Notes: generated by a model from the letters alone, not told the origin. A stretch of 60,411 nt of DNA from an uncultured Thiotrichales bacterium (GCA_938041655.1 CALISW010000141.1:1-60411); one strand, 5' to 3'; positions 45,526 to 57,504 are shown, counted from the stretch's first letter. Program-made: numbers and translations.

Positions 45526-47334
45526 TTACGAATTGGACTGAATATAGCCGTCCACCAAATTTTCCAGCACATCCAAAGGTACCGGACCATTCTTCAAAAC
45601 CACGTCATGAAACTCTCTGATATCAAAGTTATCACCTAGTTCGGCTGTCGCTTTATTTTTGAGTTCCATGATTTTCAACATCCCGATCTTGTAGGCGGTG
45701 GCTTGTGATGGCATTACGATGTAACGCTCAATTGCTTTGGCCGCATCTGCCTGTTCAGTTGGTGAATTATCCAGGATATATTGGATCGCCTGCTCACGAG
45801 TCCAGCGCTTTGCGTGTAAGCCGGTATCAACTACCAATCGAATTGCGCGCCACAATTCCATACTCAAACGGCCAAAGTTACTGTAGGGATCAGAGTAAAA
45901 GCCATATTCGATTGGCAGATATTCGGAATACAAACCCCAACCTTCAGTATACGCCGTGTACCGACCCAGTTTGCGGAACATAGGCAGACCTTCCAACTCC
46001 TGCGCTATTGCGAGCTGCATGTGATGGCCAGGCACACCTTCATGATAAGCCAACGCCTCTATTTCATAGACCGGTGTAGAGGTTGGGTTATACAAATTAA
46101 CGTAATAAATACCGGGGCGACTACCGTCCAGCGCCGGGCTTTGATAGAAAGCTGTGCCCGCTGATTTTTCACGAAAGGGCTCGACCGCTTTGACGATTAA
46201 ATCTGCTTTCGGCTTTACATTAAACAACTCGTCCAGCCTGGCACTCATTCCATCTATTGCATCATTCGAACGCTTTAAAAATTCAGCTCGATCTTCTTCA
46301 CTACTCGATAAATAAAATTTAGGGTCATCAACGTGCTTGAAAAAAGCCTGCAGGTCGCCATCAAATTCAACCTGCTTCATAATCTCTCGCATTTCATTAT
46401 GAATGCGCGCAACTTCTGACAAACCCAATTCATGAATCTCTTCCGAGTTCATGTCGGTGGTGGTAGTTTTAGCCAGAGCGTTATTATAAAAGTCTTCGCC
46501 GTTCGGGAATTTCCAGGCACCAGCATCTGTTGTCGCGCGCATCTTTTGCGCCGTCATAAAGGCAATCAACTTCTCATAGCCTGGCTGAACACTGGTGAGC
46601 ATCGCTGTCCTGGCATCTTCCAGTAATTTTGCAGCCACCTCATCGTCCAGCTCTAATGCTTCTACCTTGGCCGTAAAGTCAGCCAGAATTGGGCTAACTG
46701 CATCGCCACTAGCAAAGGGCTGCCCACTAATCACATTCTGGCTGTCATTGATAACTTTATCGTGCACAAAATTGGGAGCGACAATACCAAGACTTTCACG
46801 CTTCTGCAGTTGCACTATCAATTGATCGAACATCGCATTCACACCGTTCAATCGGGAAATATAATCCTCGGCATGAGACACCTCACCCACCTGATGCATA
46901 TTAATCAGGAAGGACGGGATTTGTGATTGCAAACCAAACATCTGATTGACCGGATAATTATGGTAGCGCCATTTTTGGTCAGCTACTTCCTCTTCAATCG
47001 ACTTTACAAAAAGGTCGTAACTTAACTTGTTTTGAGCCGACAACTCATCATAGTTAATGGTGTTCTTGGCCTCTTCCAGATGTTTCTTGCTTAAAGCCAA
47101 TTGTCGGTCTGCTGCGGCATCAGTCAGGTCATCCCACTTGTCATAATCGTCTTTCATACCCAAATAGGTTTTGGTCATGGGGCTAAGAGCAACTTGTTCC
47201 TGAAATGCCTTATCGAATAAAGCATTGGCTTTAGCGTCTTCGGTCATTACTGGCGGAACAGTAACCGAACTACAGGCCACATAGGTCAGCAGCACTAGTA
47301 CAAGCAGCGCTGTTCGTATAAAGATATTTTTCAC
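45526..47334 (-). CDS. DUF885 family secreted metallopeptidase-like protein
   Basis: HEGVPGHHMQ motif. I prefer the GTG at 47334, preceded by AGGAG with a 7-nt spacer, which gives a KNIFIRTALLVLVLLTYVACSS signal. The track start is 47400. Confidence 0.75.
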   Translation of the reverse strand: MKNIFIRTALLVLVLLTYVACSSVTVPPVMTEDAKANALFDKAFQEQVALSPMTKTYLGMKDDYDKWDDLTDAAADRQLALSKKHLEEAKNTINYDELSAQNKLSYDLFVKSIEEEVADQKWRYHNYPVNQMFGLQSQIPSFLINMHQVGEVSHAEDYISRLNGVNAMFDQLIVQLQKRESLGIVAPNFVHDKVINDSQNVISGQPFASGDAVSPILADFTAKVEALELDDEVAAKLLEDARTAMLTSVQPGYEKLIAFMTAQKMRATTDAGAWKFPNGEDFYNNALAKTTTTDMNSEEIHELGLSEVARIHNEMREIMKQVEFDGDLQAFFKHVDDPKFYLSSSEEDRAEFLKRSNDAIDGMSARLDELFNVKPKADLIVKAVEPFREKSAGTAFYQSPALDGSRPGIYYVNLYNPTSTPVYEIEALAYHEGVPGHHMQLAIAQELEGLPMFRKLGRYTAYTEGWGLYSEYLPIEYGFYSDPYSNFGRLSMELWRAIRLVVDTGLHAKRWTREQAIQYILDNSPTEQADAAKAIERYIVMPSQATAYKIGMLKIMELKNKATAELGDNFDIREFHDVVLKNGPVPLDVLENLVDGYIQSNS

Positions 47335-47457
47335 GTTTTTACTCCTGAGAATTGTTATTTTTTTTAGCGTTAAAGCTATTGAGGCAAACACTAGCGTCAC
47401 CCTCAGGTTGGGTCAACATTTTCTGAAAAATAAAGACTCAGGTATGGCTTGTAACGA

Positions 47458-47493
47458 AGGAAATTCGTTATTCAAAGGAAATTACGCATTCAA
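47458..47493. repeat. Tandem 18-bp direct repeat in a divergent promoter region
   Basis: AGGAAATTCGTTATTCAA followed by AGGAAATTACGCATTCAA (14/18 identical), between the DUF885 and M2 peptidase genes. Confidence 0.6.
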
Positions 47494-47560
47494 TTATTGT
47501 CGAAATTCTCTGCAACCACGTATTATATTATGCTATTAAAAAACACAGGATTTGAGTCAT

Positions 47561-49372
47561 ATGCGTAATTTATTCCTCGGCCTCATTTGCGGCCTGCTCA
47601 TCATCAGTTGTGCCACCACCACGACAACTGATCAATCTGACCCCAATATCAATGAAACCGCGGATGAATTCGTCGCACGGATCAATGCTGAAATCATTGA
47701 GAACTCGAAAGAGAACGAGGCCGCCTATTGGGTCTACTCAACCTATATCACTCCTGACACTGAAGTTTTGGTCACCAAGGCTGGTGAACGTGGACTGGCT
47801 TTCGCGAGTGAAATATTAAAAGGTGCTAACAAATTTGATGAAAACCTTCTGACTGGTGATACCGCTAGAGCCATCAAATCCATAAAACTGGGCAGTAGCA
47901 TGCCTGCACCGGATGATGCTGATAAACAGGCAGAGATTGCAGGCTTGAGCGCCAAACTGGAAGGCATTTACGGCAAAGGAAAATACTGTAAAACCGAAGG
48001 CGATTGTAAAGATCTCGGTGAGCTGTCAAAAATTATTGCTTCCTCCAGAGACTACGCCGAACTGCAAGAAGCATGGACCGGCTGGCGCACCATCTCTACC
48101 GAGATGCGCCCATTGTATGAGCGCTTTGTGGAACTGATGAACGAAGGTGCCTCTGAAATGGGTTTTGATGACACCAGTGTTGTCTGGCGCGCCGGTTATG
48201 ACATGAGCGTCGATGAGTTTGATACCGAAACGGTTAGACTCTGGAATCAGGTTAAGCCACTCTATGATGACCTGCACTGTTATGTACGTGACAAACTCGC
48301 TGATAACTACGGCGCTGATAAAGTTCCAACCGACCAGCCTATTCCCGCGCATCTGCTGGGTAATATGTGGGCCCAATCATGGGCTGATATTTATGACCTG
48401 CTTGAACCCTATGCCGGTGTTTCAAATCTTGACGTAACATCCACTCTGGAAAGTGGTGGCTATACACCAGTACAAATGACCGAAATGGCGGAAGGCTTTT
48501 TCACCTCATTAGGACTCCCTGATTTACCGGATTCTTTTTATGAGAATTCCTTACTGGAAAAGCCTGCCGACCGCGATGTGGTTTGTCATGCCAGCGCCTG
48601 GCCGATGGGTAACGGTGAGGATGTACGCATCAAACAATGCATTGAGCCTACAGAGGAATCACTCACTACGATTCATCACGAGCTGGGACATATTTATTAC
48701 TACCTGATGCAAAAAGATCTTCCACCCATGTTCAAGAGCGGTGCACACGATGGCTTCCATGAAGCTATTGGTGACACGGTAGTCTTATCCATGACCCCTC
48801 AGTACCTTAAAGATCGAGGCCTTGTGAATGATGTCGCTGTCAGTGAAGAAGCATTGATCAACCAGCAAATGAAAACCGCTCTGGAGCGTGTTGCCTTTCT
48901 TCCTTTCGGCAAAATGATTGACGAATGGCGCTGGCGTGTGTTCTCTGGTGAGATTTCACCTGAGGAATACAATCAAGGCTGGTGGGATTTGCGCGAGAAG
49001 TATCAAGGCATACGCCCACCGGTAACACGCACCGAAGCTGATTTTGACCCGGGTGCGAAGTATCACATACCAGGCAATACTCCCTATACGCGTTACTTCC
49101 TGGCCCACATACTGCAATTTCAGTTCCACAAATCATTATGTGAAACCGCAGGACATACAGGTCCTCTGCACGAATGCTCTATCTACGGCAGTAAAGAAGC
49201 CGGTAAGCGTTTGGGCGACATGCTGGCAATGGGTTCAAGCAGACCATGGCAGGAAGCGATGACGGCAGTAACTGGTCAACCGAATATGGATGGCAGCGCC
49301 ATACTTGACTATTTTGCGCCATTACAAGGCTGGCTCAAGGAACAAAACGCCGGCAAGAGTTGCGGCTGGTAG
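47561..49372 (+). CDS. Peptidase family M2 (angiotensin-converting-enzyme-like peptidyl-dipeptidase), lipoprotein
   Basis: HHELGHIYY zinc motif with downstream HEAIGD. LLIISCATT lipobox. ATG 47561 is preferred over TTG 47552. Confidence 0.85.
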   Translation: MRNLFLGLICGLLIISCATTTTTDQSDPNINETADEFVARINAEIIENSKENEAAYWVYSTYITPDTEVLVTKAGERGLAFASEILKGANKFDENLLTGDTARAIKSIKLGSSMPAPDDADKQAEIAGLSAKLEGIYGKGKYCKTEGDCKDLGELSKIIASSRDYAELQEAWTGWRTISTEMRPLYERFVELMNEGASEMGFDDTSVVWRAGYDMSVDEFDTETVRLWNQVKPLYDDLHCYVRDKLADNYGADKVPTDQPIPAHLLGNMWAQSWADIYDLLEPYAGVSNLDVTSTLESGGYTPVQMTEMAEGFFTSLGLPDLPDSFYENSLLEKPADRDVVCHASAWPMGNGEDVRIKQCIEPTEESLTTIHHELGHIYYYLMQKDLPPMFKSGAHDGFHEAIGDTVVLSMTPQYLKDRGLVNDVAVSEEALINQQMKTALERVAFLPFGKMIDEWRWRVFSGEISPEEYNQGWWDLREKYQGIRPPVTRTEADFDPGAKYHIPGNTPYTRYFLAHILQFQFHKSLCETAGHTGPLHECSIYGSKEAGKRLGDMLAMGSSRPWQEAMTAVTGQPNMDGSAILDYFAPLQGWLKEQNAGKSCGW

Positions 49373-49381
49373 TGAAGCTAT

Positions 49382-49414
49382 AAATCCCGGGACATTCAGT
49401 CCCGGGATTTTATT
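49382..49414. terminator. Bidirectional rho-independent terminator between convergent genes
   Basis: AAATCCCGGGAC-ATTCA-GTCCCGGGATTT, a 12-bp stem with A/T runs on both sides. Confidence 0.8.
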
Positions 49415-49417
49415 CAA

Positions 49418-50968
49418 TCAGGACACCTTCTCATACTGCGGGTGAAGCTTGACGGCGACACTTTCCAGCATGTTCAATGCATTCAAATAGGCTTTGGCTG
49501 AAGCGACCAGAATATCGGTATCGGCACCAACACCATTCACGATTCTACCGGCGTGCTCAAGCCGTACCGTAACTTCACCCAGTGAATCAGTACCTTCGGT
49601 TACCGCATTAACTGAATACAGTAATACGGTTGCCCCGCTCTGCGCGTTGGTTTCAATTGCTTTGAATGTTGCATCCACCGCGCCATCACCGTCCGCATCG
49701 ACTGTCACAACCTCACCATCGACCTTTAAGTCGAGTTTAGCGTGGGGTGAAGTACCGGTTTTAGACCCTACTTCCAGTGACACCAATTTATAGCGTTGCT
49801 TGTCAGTATCAACCACGATGTCGCCTATTAAGGCCTGTAAGTCTTCATCAAAGATCTCATGTTTCTTGTCAGCAAGATCTTTAAATTTCACAAAAGCTTC
49901 ATTTAACTCTTCCGCTGAGTTAAAGATGATACCCAGCTCTTCAAAGCGGGAACGAACCGCTGCCCGCCCGGAATGTTTTCCCAAGACCAGCTTGTTGGTA
50001 TTCCAGCCCACATCCTGGGCTCGCATAATCTCATAGGTCTCACGATGTTTGAGTACACCATCCTGATGAATACCGGCTTCGTGAGCAAAAGCATTAGCGC
50101 CAACGATGGCTTTATTGGGCTGCACTGGAAAACCGGTAATACTCGAGACCAGCTTGGAGGCTGAAACAATATGCTCCGCTTCTATTCGGGTTACGACCGG
50201 GGATTCATCCGCCCGGGTTTTTACCGCCATCACAATTTCCTCGAGTGATGCATTACCTGCTCTTTCACCCAAACCATTGATGGTACATTCAACTTGCCGA
50301 GCACCATTGTTAACGGCTGCCAGTGAGTTCGCGACTGCCAAACCAAGATCGTTATGACAGTGGGTAGAGAAAACAGCTTTATCCGAGTTGGGAATGTTCT
50401 CGATCAAGCGACCTATCATGGCACCGTATTCATCGGGTACTCCGTAACCAACAGTATCCGGAATATTAATGGTCGAGGCACCCGCATCAATCGCAGCTTC
50501 AATAATCCGGCATAAAAATTCAAATTCGGAACGCGTGCCATCCTCTGTTGAAAATTCAACATCATCTACGAGATTTCTGGCGAGCTTTACCGCCGCGACA
50601 GCATTCTCAATCACCTCATCCGGCTTCATCATTAACTTGTACTGCATGTGAATCGGTGAGGTCGCGATAAAGGTATGGATGCGCCCGGCATTCGCATCTT
50701 TAATAGAATTAGCAGCCCGATTGATATCCACTTCAGTCGCTCGAGCGAGACTGCAAATACGACTGTCTTTAACGACACTGGCAACCGCCTTGATCGCATC
50801 CAGATCACCCTCACTGGCAATAGCAAAACCTGCCTCAATAACATCGACTCGCATCTTTTCCAGAACTTTGGCGATACGGACTTTGTCCTCTTTGGTCATA
50901 GAAGCGCCAGGACTCTGCTCCCCGTCTCTCAAGGTGGTATCGAATATGACTAATTGATCGGATGACAT
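49418..50968 (-). CDS. leuA: 2-isopropylmalate synthase
   Basis: 516 aa. [36 protein letters not shown], and a C-terminal LeuA dimerisation/regulatory domain. Confidence 0.93.
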   Translation of the reverse strand: MSSDQLVIFDTTLRDGEQSPGASMTKEDKVRIAKVLEKMRVDVIEAGFAIASEGDLDAIKAVASVVKDSRICSLARATEVDINRAANSIKDANAGRIHTFIATSPIHMQYKLMMKPDEVIENAVAAVKLARNLVDDVEFSTEDGTRSEFEFLCRIIEAAIDAGASTINIPDTVGYGVPDEYGAMIGRLIENIPNSDKAVFSTHCHNDLGLAVANSLAAVNNGARQVECTINGLGERAGNASLEEIVMAVKTRADESPVVTRIEAEHIVSASKLVSSITGFPVQPNKAIVGANAFAHEAGIHQDGVLKHRETYEIMRAQDVGWNTNKLVLGKHSGRAAVRSRFEELGIIFNSAEELNEAFVKFKDLADKKHEIFDEDLQALIGDIVVDTDKQRYKLVSLEVGSKTGTSPHAKLDLKVDGEVVTVDADGDGAVDATFKAIETNAQSGATVLLYSVNAVTEGTDSLGEVTVRLEHAGRIVNGVGADTDILVASAKAYLNALNMLESVAVKLHPQYEKVS

Positions 50969-51135
50969 GAAACTTTACTCTAGTTGTTTAGATTTGATGT
51001 GCAGTTTACTGATGTTTTATGAGTGATTGTCGGCAAAATTCGCGTCTAATTAGGCTTAAACATCATTTATTCGCTATTATTCAATGATTATCAGTATAAT
51101 TCACTCATTAAATTACTTTGGTTAGTTGTATATCA

Positions 51136-51612
51136 ATGAAACTAGACAAAATTGATCGTAAAATCCTGCATGAGCTGCAAAAAAATGCTCGCATCAATAT
51201 CAATGATCTTGCAGAAACCATCGGCCTCTCTGCTACACCCTGTAGCCGCAGAATCAAGCGACTTGAAGAAGACGGTTTTATCTCGCATTACACCACTATT
51301 TTAGATGCGGCCACTCTGCAGCTTGATTTGACAGTTATTATCGGCATAACCATGGATAGACACACCCCCGACCGATTCGATAATTTTGAATCCCTAATCA
51401 AGTCCTTCCCTGAAGTGATTGAATGCAGCATCGTCACCGGACAATCGGCAGACTACCTCGTGAAGGTAGTAGTACCTGATATGAAATACTACGAAGAATT
51501 CCTGCTTGGAAAGTTGACTCGAATTGACGGCGTGACTGGTGTGCATTCGAGTTTCATCTTGCGCGAAGTCGTTAAAAGAACAGAATTACCTCTGGATCAT
51601 TACCCGCAGTAA
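51136..51612 (+). CDS. Lrp/AsnC family transcriptional regulator
   Basis: MKLDKIDRKILHELQKNARININDLAETIGLSATPCSRRIKRLEEDGFI (AsnC-type HTH) plus a RAM domain. Divergent from leuA. Confidence 0.88.
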   Translation: MKLDKIDRKILHELQKNARININDLAETIGLSATPCSRRIKRLEEDGFISHYTTILDAATLQLDLTVIIGITMDRHTPDRFDNFESLIKSFPEVIECSIVTGQSADYLVKVVVPDMKYYEEFLLGKLTRIDGVTGVHSSFILREVVKRTELPLDHYPQ

Positions 51613-51726
51613 ACAGCTAATTATCTTTAGCATCCCTTTTCGATGATCAGTGATCACACCAAAAATCAACTATCCTGTTTAAGAAGATAGCGGTAAGATT
51701 TTACTATCTGCAGTGGAGGATTCGTC

Positions 51727-52497
51727 ATGAAAAGATTTGAAGGGATTAATCAGGCCATGCTGGAGCAATTTGCACCAAACCCCGGCCGCAAACCACTGTT
51801 ACCAGAAATCAGCAACAAAGCCCAAGTCGCACTCATGTGTCGCATGCTGGTGCGTGAAGGCTGGAACGAACACATTGCCGGACACATAACAGTGCGCCTG
51901 GAAAACGGCAATATCCTGACCAACCCATGGGAACTGGCATGGGAAGAACTGACCGCCAGTGACATTGTCACCCTCGACCCCAGCGGCAAGATCATCGATG
52001 GTGAATGGAATGTCACACCCGCGATAGGGCTACACCTGCAACTGCACGAACTGCGACCCGACGTCCATGTAGTGATTCATAATCACGCCAAGTGGAGTGG
52101 CATCTGGGCCTGTATGCAACGCGTTCCGGCTGTGTTTGATCAGGCAAGCTCTTACTGTGGTGTCGAACTCCCCCTCTACAATGAATACGACGGCACCTTT
52201 GAAGACGAAGCTACCAGCCTGTCTGCAGCCGAAGCATTGGGAGACGCCAAATGGGCGCTGCTGGCAAATCATGGTTCTTTAGTGGTTGGTAAAGATCTGC
52301 GCCAGGCTCATCTACGCGTTATCACGTTGGAATGGCGCAGCAAACGCGCTTATGAAATTGAGCTCGCCGGTGGTGGCAAACCATTGAGCGACGATGAAGT
52401 GAATAAACTAACACTGGCTGATGACAATGGCTTCCCCTTTTGCTGGGAAGCGATGGCGCGTAGAGAGTTGCGTCTCGATCCAACTGTGCTTGACTAA
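51727..52497 (+). CDS. Class II aldolase/adducin family protein
   Basis: 256 aa. VVIHNHAKW zinc-ligand motif and LLANHGSLVVG motif. Confidence 0.75.
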   Translation: MKRFEGINQAMLEQFAPNPGRKPLLPEISNKAQVALMCRMLVREGWNEHIAGHITVRLENGNILTNPWELAWEELTASDIVTLDPSGKIIDGEWNVTPAIGLHLQLHELRPDVHVVIHNHAKWSGIWACMQRVPAVFDQASSYCGVELPLYNEYDGTFEDEATSLSAAEALGDAKWALLANHGSLVVGKDLRQAHLRVITLEWRSKRAYEIELAGGGKPLSDDEVNKLTLADDNGFPFCWEAMARRELRLDPTVLD

Positions 52498-52533
52498 CAA
52501 CCAGTTCACCAAGAGAAGAACGAAGGATAAACA

Positions 52534-53460
52534 ATGGCACTGACAGTCACACCACTTGATAATGCAGGCGCGGAAGTCTCCGGCTTTGATATTAATGAAC
52601 CAATCTCCGACGAAATGAAAGCCGAGTTAAAATCACTCTGGTATGAACATGCGATTTTGTTATTTCGCAATCAGGACATCGATCCCGACAAACAAATCGA
52701 GTTCAGTCGGATCTTTGGCCCGTTGGAAATGCATCCGCTAAAAGTTAACACTGATGAAAAAAATCCGGAACTTTTCGTATTGGAAAATGGCGGCGAGATG
52801 GATAAATTTAATACCGCCTTCTATAAAGGTGAAGAAATAGTCGGACGTCTGGATTGGCACATGGATCTGCACTACACCGCCCGCCCTAATCATGGCGCTC
52901 TATTACGTGCTGTAGTCGTAGCCAAAGAAGATGGCATGACCGGCTTTGGAGATCTCGCTAAAGCCTATGACGCGCTCGATGAAGAAACCAAGGAATTAAT
53001 TGCGAAGCTTGAAGTGGCTTACAGCTTTAGCATGCAACGTCGTCACATGCGTTATGTTGATCTGGACGGTTATGAACCCGGCCCGGGCAGTCCGAAAAAA
53101 CCAACCGACATCGGCTTTCCTGATTTTGCAGATGCAGTCTACCCAATGGTAGTCACCCACCCGGTTAGCGGCCGCAAGGTGCTTGAGATCGTTGAACAGT
53201 TTCTGGATCGAGTTATTACCCCGCAACAACACGGCCTTTCGAATGACGAATCGATAGAGCTACTCGAACGTCTGGTAGCGCACACCAGAAAACCGGAATT
53301 CACCTATTTTCATGAGTGGCGTGACGGTGACATGGTGCTGTGGGATAACTGGCGTGCAATGCACTGCACTACCGGCACCAAACCCGGTATTAAACGCCTG
53401 ATTAATCGAACCACCATCGAAGGTGACATCACCCTGGGACGTGTATTGACCGCCGAGTGA
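52534..53460 (+). CDS. TauD/TfdA family Fe(II)/2-oxoglutarate-dependent dioxygenase
   Basis: LDWHMDLHY (HxD) and C-terminal WDNWRAMHCTTG motifs. Confidence 0.8.
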   Translation: MALTVTPLDNAGAEVSGFDINEPISDEMKAELKSLWYEHAILLFRNQDIDPDKQIEFSRIFGPLEMHPLKVNTDEKNPELFVLENGGEMDKFNTAFYKGEEIVGRLDWHMDLHYTARPNHGALLRAVVVAKEDGMTGFGDLAKAYDALDEETKELIAKLEVAYSFSMQRRHMRYVDLDGYEPGPGSPKKPTDIGFPDFADAVYPMVVTHPVSGRKVLEIVEQFLDRVITPQQHGLSNDESIELLERLVAHTRKPEFTYFHEWRDGDMVLWDNWRAMHCTTGTKPGIKRLINRTTIEGDITLGRVLTAE

Positions 53461-53568
53461 GCAAGCAAAGTAGTCATCAGGATCCATCCGCCGTACTGAG
53501 AAACAAATCGGCTTCTTCATCTCAGCTGAGGTACAATCCACCTCATTATTAAGCAGTAAGTACAGCGC

Positions 53569-54915
53569 ATGAGTGATCTGGATAAAGCAGTGACAATAGC
53601 CACACCTGAAGACACGAAAAATGTGGGCTTTGTAAGCCTTGGCTGCCCAAAAGCTCTGGTAGATTCTGAACGAATCCTCACCCAAATGCGCTCTGAAGGC
53701 TACAATATATCCAATAGCTACGATAATGCTGATCTGGTAGTGGTTAACACCTGTGGCTTTATTGACAGCGCCATCGAAGAATCCATGGATGCCATTAATG
53801 AAGCCATGAACGAAAATGGCAAAGTCATTGTTACAGGCTGCCTGGGCAAAGAGTCCGACATGATTACTGATGCCTTCCCGGAAGTACTGGCAGTCACCGG
53901 ACCGCATGCGTATGAAGAAGTTATGACCGCCTTACACGATCATTGCCCTCCCCCGCATGACCCGCACCTGGACTTGCTGCCGCCACAAGGCATCAAGTTA
54001 ACGCCCAAGCATTATGCTTACCTGAAGATATCTGAAGGCTGCAACCATCGCTGCAGCTTTTGCATCATTCCTCATTTGCGTGGTGATCTGGTTAGCCGTC
54101 CGATTGGCGAAGTCCTCAGCGAAGCACAAAACCTGGCTAATGCTGGAGTACGCGAGTTACTGGTTGTTTCTCAAGACACCAGCGCATACGGCGTAGATAC
54201 CAAATACCAAACTGGCTTTTGGGACGGCAAACCACTGAAATCAAACCTGCAAACCCTCGCTGAGGCACTTGGCGAGATGGGCATGTGGATACGCATGCAC
54301 TATGTTTATCCGTATCCCCACGTAGACAAGCTAATTCCGTTGATGGCAAAGAATAAAATACTGCCCTATCTTGATATTCCTATGCAGCACGCTAGTCCAC
54401 GAATTTTAAAGCTGATGAAAAGACCGGCCAAGTCTGCCCGCATGCTGGAGCGCATCAATGCATGGCGTGAAATCTGTCCGCAGATTACGATTCGCAGTAC
54501 TTTCATTGTCGGCTTCCCCGGTGAAACAGAAGCAGAATTTCAAGAGCTGCTCGATTTTCTAAAACAGGCGCGTATTAATCGCCTGGGTTGCTTTATGTAC
54601 TCGCCCGTTGATGGTGCCACAGCTAATGATTTACCAAACAGCGTGCACGAAGAAATCAAACAAGAAAGATACGACAGACTCATGACCCTTCAAGCTGAGA
54701 TCAGCGCTGAGCTGTTACAAGAGAAAATCGGCCAAACCATGACTGTCTTGGTTGATGGACACCAGGATGGAAATAGCATTGCCAGAAGCGCTGCTGATGC
54801 TCCTGAAATTGATGGTGCCGTTATTATCACTGACCAACAATTACCAGTTGGCGAGTTTGCACAAGTCTTAATCACTGATGCAGACCAGTACGATTTAATC
54901 GCGTCCGTGGCATAA
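53569..54915 (+). CDS. rimO: Ribosomal protein S12 methylthiotransferase
   Basis: [28 protein letters not shown]-terminus, radical-SAM CNHRCSFC motif and a C-terminal TRAM domain. Confidence 0.92.
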   Translation: MSDLDKAVTIATPEDTKNVGFVSLGCPKALVDSERILTQMRSEGYNISNSYDNADLVVVNTCGFIDSAIEESMDAINEAMNENGKVIVTGCLGKESDMITDAFPEVLAVTGPHAYEEVMTALHDHCPPPHDPHLDLLPPQGIKLTPKHYAYLKISEGCNHRCSFCIIPHLRGDLVSRPIGEVLSEAQNLANAGVRELLVVSQDTSAYGVDTKYQTGFWDGKPLKSNLQTLAEALGEMGMWIRMHYVYPYPHVDKLIPLMAKNKILPYLDIPMQHASPRILKLMKRPAKSARMLERINAWREICPQITIRSTFIVGFPGETEAEFQELLDFLKQARINRLGCFMYSPVDGATANDLPNSVHEEIKQERYDRLMTLQAEISAELLQEKIGQTMTVLVDGHQDGNSIARSAADAPEIDGAVIITDQQLPVGEFAQVLITDADQYDLIASVA

Positions 54916-54917
54916 AC

Positions 54918-56285
54918 ATGTTTTTCGGCAGTGAAGCAAAATCCCTGATGCGCCTGGCGCTTCCTATCGCCATGAGCCAATTAATAATTATCGGCATGGG
55001 TATTACCGATGTGATTGTTGCCGGACGTGCAGGGACCGTTGAACTTGCCGGCATGACCCTCGGCAGCAATGTATGTGGCATCATTATCTACTCGTTCTTT
55101 GCTATCGGCTTTGCCGCAGCTCCATTAGTGAGTCGTCACTTTGGCGCTGGTCGACTGAACAAGATGGCGTCCCAAATACAACAGGTTTTATGGACCTGCT
55201 TGCTGGTTGGCATTGTCTGCATGGTATTCATCTACTGTGCATCACAGATACTGAGTCACGCCAACTTTGACCCTGAGATACAGCGCATAGCCTCTAGCTA
55301 TACCGCCGTTATGTCGTTAAGTGGCTTCGTACTGTGCATAGTTGCGGGTCTGCGCTCATCACTCGAATCAATGACATGGACAGTGCCAGTATTAATAGTC
55401 AATGTGCTGGCCTTTTTGATCAACATTCCATTAGATATTATTCTGGTGCATGGTTATCTGGGATTCCCTCGTCTTGGCAGCGTTGGTTGTGCCGTAGCCA
55501 CGGTCACCATTCAAACCTTCATAATGATCAGCTTTTTTGTTTGTCTTTGGCTAGCGATGAAAAAACAGAACGTGCACTTGAAGAGTAATTTTGAGCGCGC
55601 CAACAAATCGGAAATCCTGAAAATTATTAAGCTCGGCTTTCCAATGGGGCTATCTGTGCTCATAGAAATGGGGTTTTTCGGAGGCGCAGCAGTCATGATC
55701 GTATATTTTGGCGCTGTCAATGCTGGCGCTCATGCAGTGGCTATAGCCGCGGCTTCAGCCACCTATATGATTTACCACGGACTTAGCCAGGCTATCACCA
55801 TCAGAGCCTCACACCACCTGGGTCGCGATCATTACCAGCAAGCCAGAGACACCTGCCACACTGGCATAAAAATTGGCTTGCTTGCCTCCTGTTTTTGCTC
55901 CGCTATTTTTATTCTTTTCCGCCATGAAATTGTAGCCTTATTTAGTAATGACCCTGAAGTGATTGCTTTGGCAGCAACACTATTGATCTTCTCTGCTATT
56001 TTTCAATTTGCAGATGCAATGCAAGTAACCGCGCTATATGGCTTACGCGCCTATCTGGACACCAGATCTCCTGTGGTAATACAATTTATAGGCTTCTGGA
56101 TAATTGCTGCACCACTGGGATATTTGCTATCCAAAAACGCCTCATATCCAATATTGAACGGTGCCTTTGGTTACTGGACAGCTATGTGTTTTGGCTTAAG
56201 TGTTGTAGCGTTCATACTAATGAAAAAATTGCTTACCACTGCTCGCGATTATCCTCATAGCTCAACAGCTCAAGTAAAGCTATAA
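54918..56285 (+). CDS. MATE family efflux transporter
   Basis: 455 aa, 12 predicted [28 protein letters not shown]-terminal motif. Confidence 0.85.
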   Translation: MFFGSEAKSLMRLALPIAMSQLIIIGMGITDVIVAGRAGTVELAGMTLGSNVCGIIIYSFFAIGFAAAPLVSRHFGAGRLNKMASQIQQVLWTCLLVGIVCMVFIYCASQILSHANFDPEIQRIASSYTAVMSLSGFVLCIVAGLRSSLESMTWTVPVLIVNVLAFLINIPLDIILVHGYLGFPRLGSVGCAVATVTIQTFIMISFFVCLWLAMKKQNVHLKSNFERANKSEILKIIKLGFPMGLSVLIEMGFFGGAAVMIVYFGAVNAGAHAVAIAAASATYMIYHGLSQAITIRASHHLGRDHYQQARDTCHTGIKIGLLASCFCSAIFILFRHEIVALFSNDPEVIALAATLLIFSAIFQFADAMQVTALYGLRAYLDTRSPVVIQFIGFWIIAAPLGYLLSKNASYPILNGAFGYWTAMCFGLSVVAFILMKKLLTTARDYPHSSTAQVKL

Positions 56286-56292
56286 TTTCAGC

Positions 56293-57504
56293 ATGAGACT
56301 TGAAAGAGCAAACACTACCTCTGTAGATATTGGCGGCGTCATTGTCGGCGGCTGCAAACCTATCGTCGTACAATCAATGACAAATACGGATACAGCAGAT
56401 GCCGTGCGCACCGCCATTCAGGTTACCGAGTTAGCCCAAGCCGGCTCAGAGTTAGTTAGACTCACGGTCAATAATCAGGACTCAGCAGCAGCGATACCCG
56501 AAATAATCAGCCGCATGCAAGACATGAACTGCAATGTCCCTTTGGTTGGTGATTTTCATTACAACGGTCATAAGCTACTCAAAGACAACCCTGATTGTGC
56601 CCGCCTGCTGTCCAAGTATCGTATCAACCCGGGCAACGTTGGCCGCGGTAAAAAACGAGATGAGCAATTTGATCAAATGATCGAGATTGCCCGTGAACAT
56701 GACAAGCCGGTTCGCATCGGCGTTAACTGGGGCTCGTTAGATCAACAACTCCTGGCTCGCATGCTAGACAAGAATGCAACCCTGGATCAACCCGAAGCAC
56801 TATCGACCATTACAAAAAAAGCAGTAATCGCTTCGGCACTGGAAAGTGCAGCACAGGCTGAATCCCTGGGCATGGCAAAAAATAAAATTGTTCTGTCTTG
56901 CAAAATGAGTGGCGTGCAAGACTTGATTGAAGTCTATCAATCACTGGCAACACAGTCTGACTATGCTCTGCATCTAGGCTTAACCGAAGCAGGTATGGGC
57001 AGCAAAGGCATTGTCGCTTCGACCGCCGCATTGGCGGTACTGTTACAGCAAGGCATCGGCGACACCATTCGAATATCTCTGACACCCGAACCCGGTGGCA
57101 AACGCACCCAGGAAGTCATCGTGGCTCAGGAAATTCTACAAACCATGGGCTTACGAGCGTTTACCCCTGCCGTGGTAGCCTGCCCGGGATGTGGGCGTAC
57201 CACAAGTGAATACTTTCAAGAACTGGCGCAGGATATTCAACATTATCTACGCGATAAAATGCCTGACTGGAAACAACAGTATTCCGGCGTTGAGAACCTT
57301 TCGGTTGCGGTTATGGGTTGTGTCGTCAATGGTCCAGGCGAAAGTAAACATGCCAACATCGGCATTAGCCTGCCTGGCACCGGAGAAAAACCGGTAGCGC
57401 CTGTTTATATTGACGGGGAAAAAGATGTGACCTTGAAAGGTGAGAATATAGCGTCTGAATTTCAAGTCATCATTGATCAGTACATCGCTAAAACTTACGT
57501 CTGA
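56293..57504 (+). CDS. ispG: 4-hydroxy-3-methylbut-2-en-1-yl diphosphate synthase
   Basis: [20 protein letters not shown] and VACPGCGRT motifs. At 403 aa it is longer than the E. coli-type enzyme. Confidence 0.9.
   Translation: MRLERANTTSVDIGGVIVGGCKPIVVQSMTNTDTADAVRTAIQVTELAQAGSELVRLTVNNQDSAAAIPEIISRMQDMNCNVPLVGDFHYNGHKLLKDNPDCARLLSKYRINPGNVGRGKKRDEQFDQMIEIAREHDKPVRIGVNWGSLDQQLLARMLDKNATLDQPEALSTITKKAVIASALESAAQAESLGMAKNKIVLSCKMSGVQDLIEVYQSLATQSDYALHLGLTEAGMGSKGIVASTAALAVLLQQGIGDTIRISLTPEPGGKRTQEVIVAQEILQTMGLRAFTPAVVACPGCGRTTSEYFQELAQDIQHYLRDKMPDWKQQYSGVENLSVAVMGCVVNGPGESKHANIGISLPGTGEKPVAPVYIDGEKDVTLKGENIASEFQVIIDQYIAKTYV

Noticed and set aside
50969-51135. Leucine leader-peptide attenuator upstream of leuA
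   Set aside because: I found no short ORF with a run of Leu codons and no terminator/antiterminator hairpin pair in the 167-nt region.
53260-53907. 215-aa minus-strand ORF overlapping the end of the TauD-like gene and the start of rimO
   Set aside because: It overlaps two confidently identified plus-strand genes and crosses their intergenic region. It has no recognisable domain.
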